The notes under the pieces were generated by a model. The model ran no database searches. It was given only the letters and a program-made list of their open reading frames with translations, and had not been told where the DNA came from. A DNA stretch of 64,000 nucleotides from Heptranchias perlo (Eukaryota): contig NC_090331.1 in NCBI RefSeq assembly GCF_035084215.1, positions 63,798,001 to 63,862,000 on the forward strand. The letters run 5' to 3'. The translations under genes and the position numbers were made by a program. Shown piece by piece: positions 63,805 through 64,000 of this stretch (positions within the stretch are counted from its first letter, which is position 1; the number at the start of each line of letters is the position of its first letter).

Positions 63805-64000
63805 GTACAGTTTTGGTCACCTTACCTAAGGAAGGATATACTTGCCTTAGAGGGGGTGCAGCGAAGGTTCACTAGATTGATTCCTGGGATGAGAGGGTTG
63901 TCCTCTGAGGAGCGATTGAGTAGAATAGGCCTACACTCTCTGGAGTTTAGAAGAAAGAGATGTGATCTCATTGAAACGTCTGTAATTCTTGGAGGGCTTG
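63805..64000 (+). mobile_element. CR1 fragment running off the window
   Basis: Matches 28176-28370. Confidence 0.75.

Overview
Vertebrate genomic DNA, most likely a cartilaginous fish (inferred from the CR1, Deu-domain SINE and Penelope families present). Four host genes can be built by hand with canonical GT-AG junctions: complete OSGEPL1 (- strand, 7 coding exons, 405 aa), single-coding-exon ADAT3 (+, 357 aa), complete ORMDL1 (-, 3 coding exons, 153 aa) and the first three coding exons of PMS1 (+). ORMDL1 and PMS1 share a CpG-rich bidirectional promoter. Most other ORFs are transposon debris: CR1, L2-like and Tx1-like LINEs, tRNA/Deu SINEs, Harbinger-like DNA elements and a MITE. The most striking structure is a Penelope-like (GIY-YIG) family present three times (40306-40521, 43123-44423, 54404-54653). 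Each copy is a near-perfect fold-back palindrome (arms about 89, 620 and 103 bp) with a minimal hammerhead-ribozyme motif on both strands, the same left end-point, the same unpaired 3' tail and a 12-13 bp target-site duplication. All calls come from reading the sequence; no database search was run.
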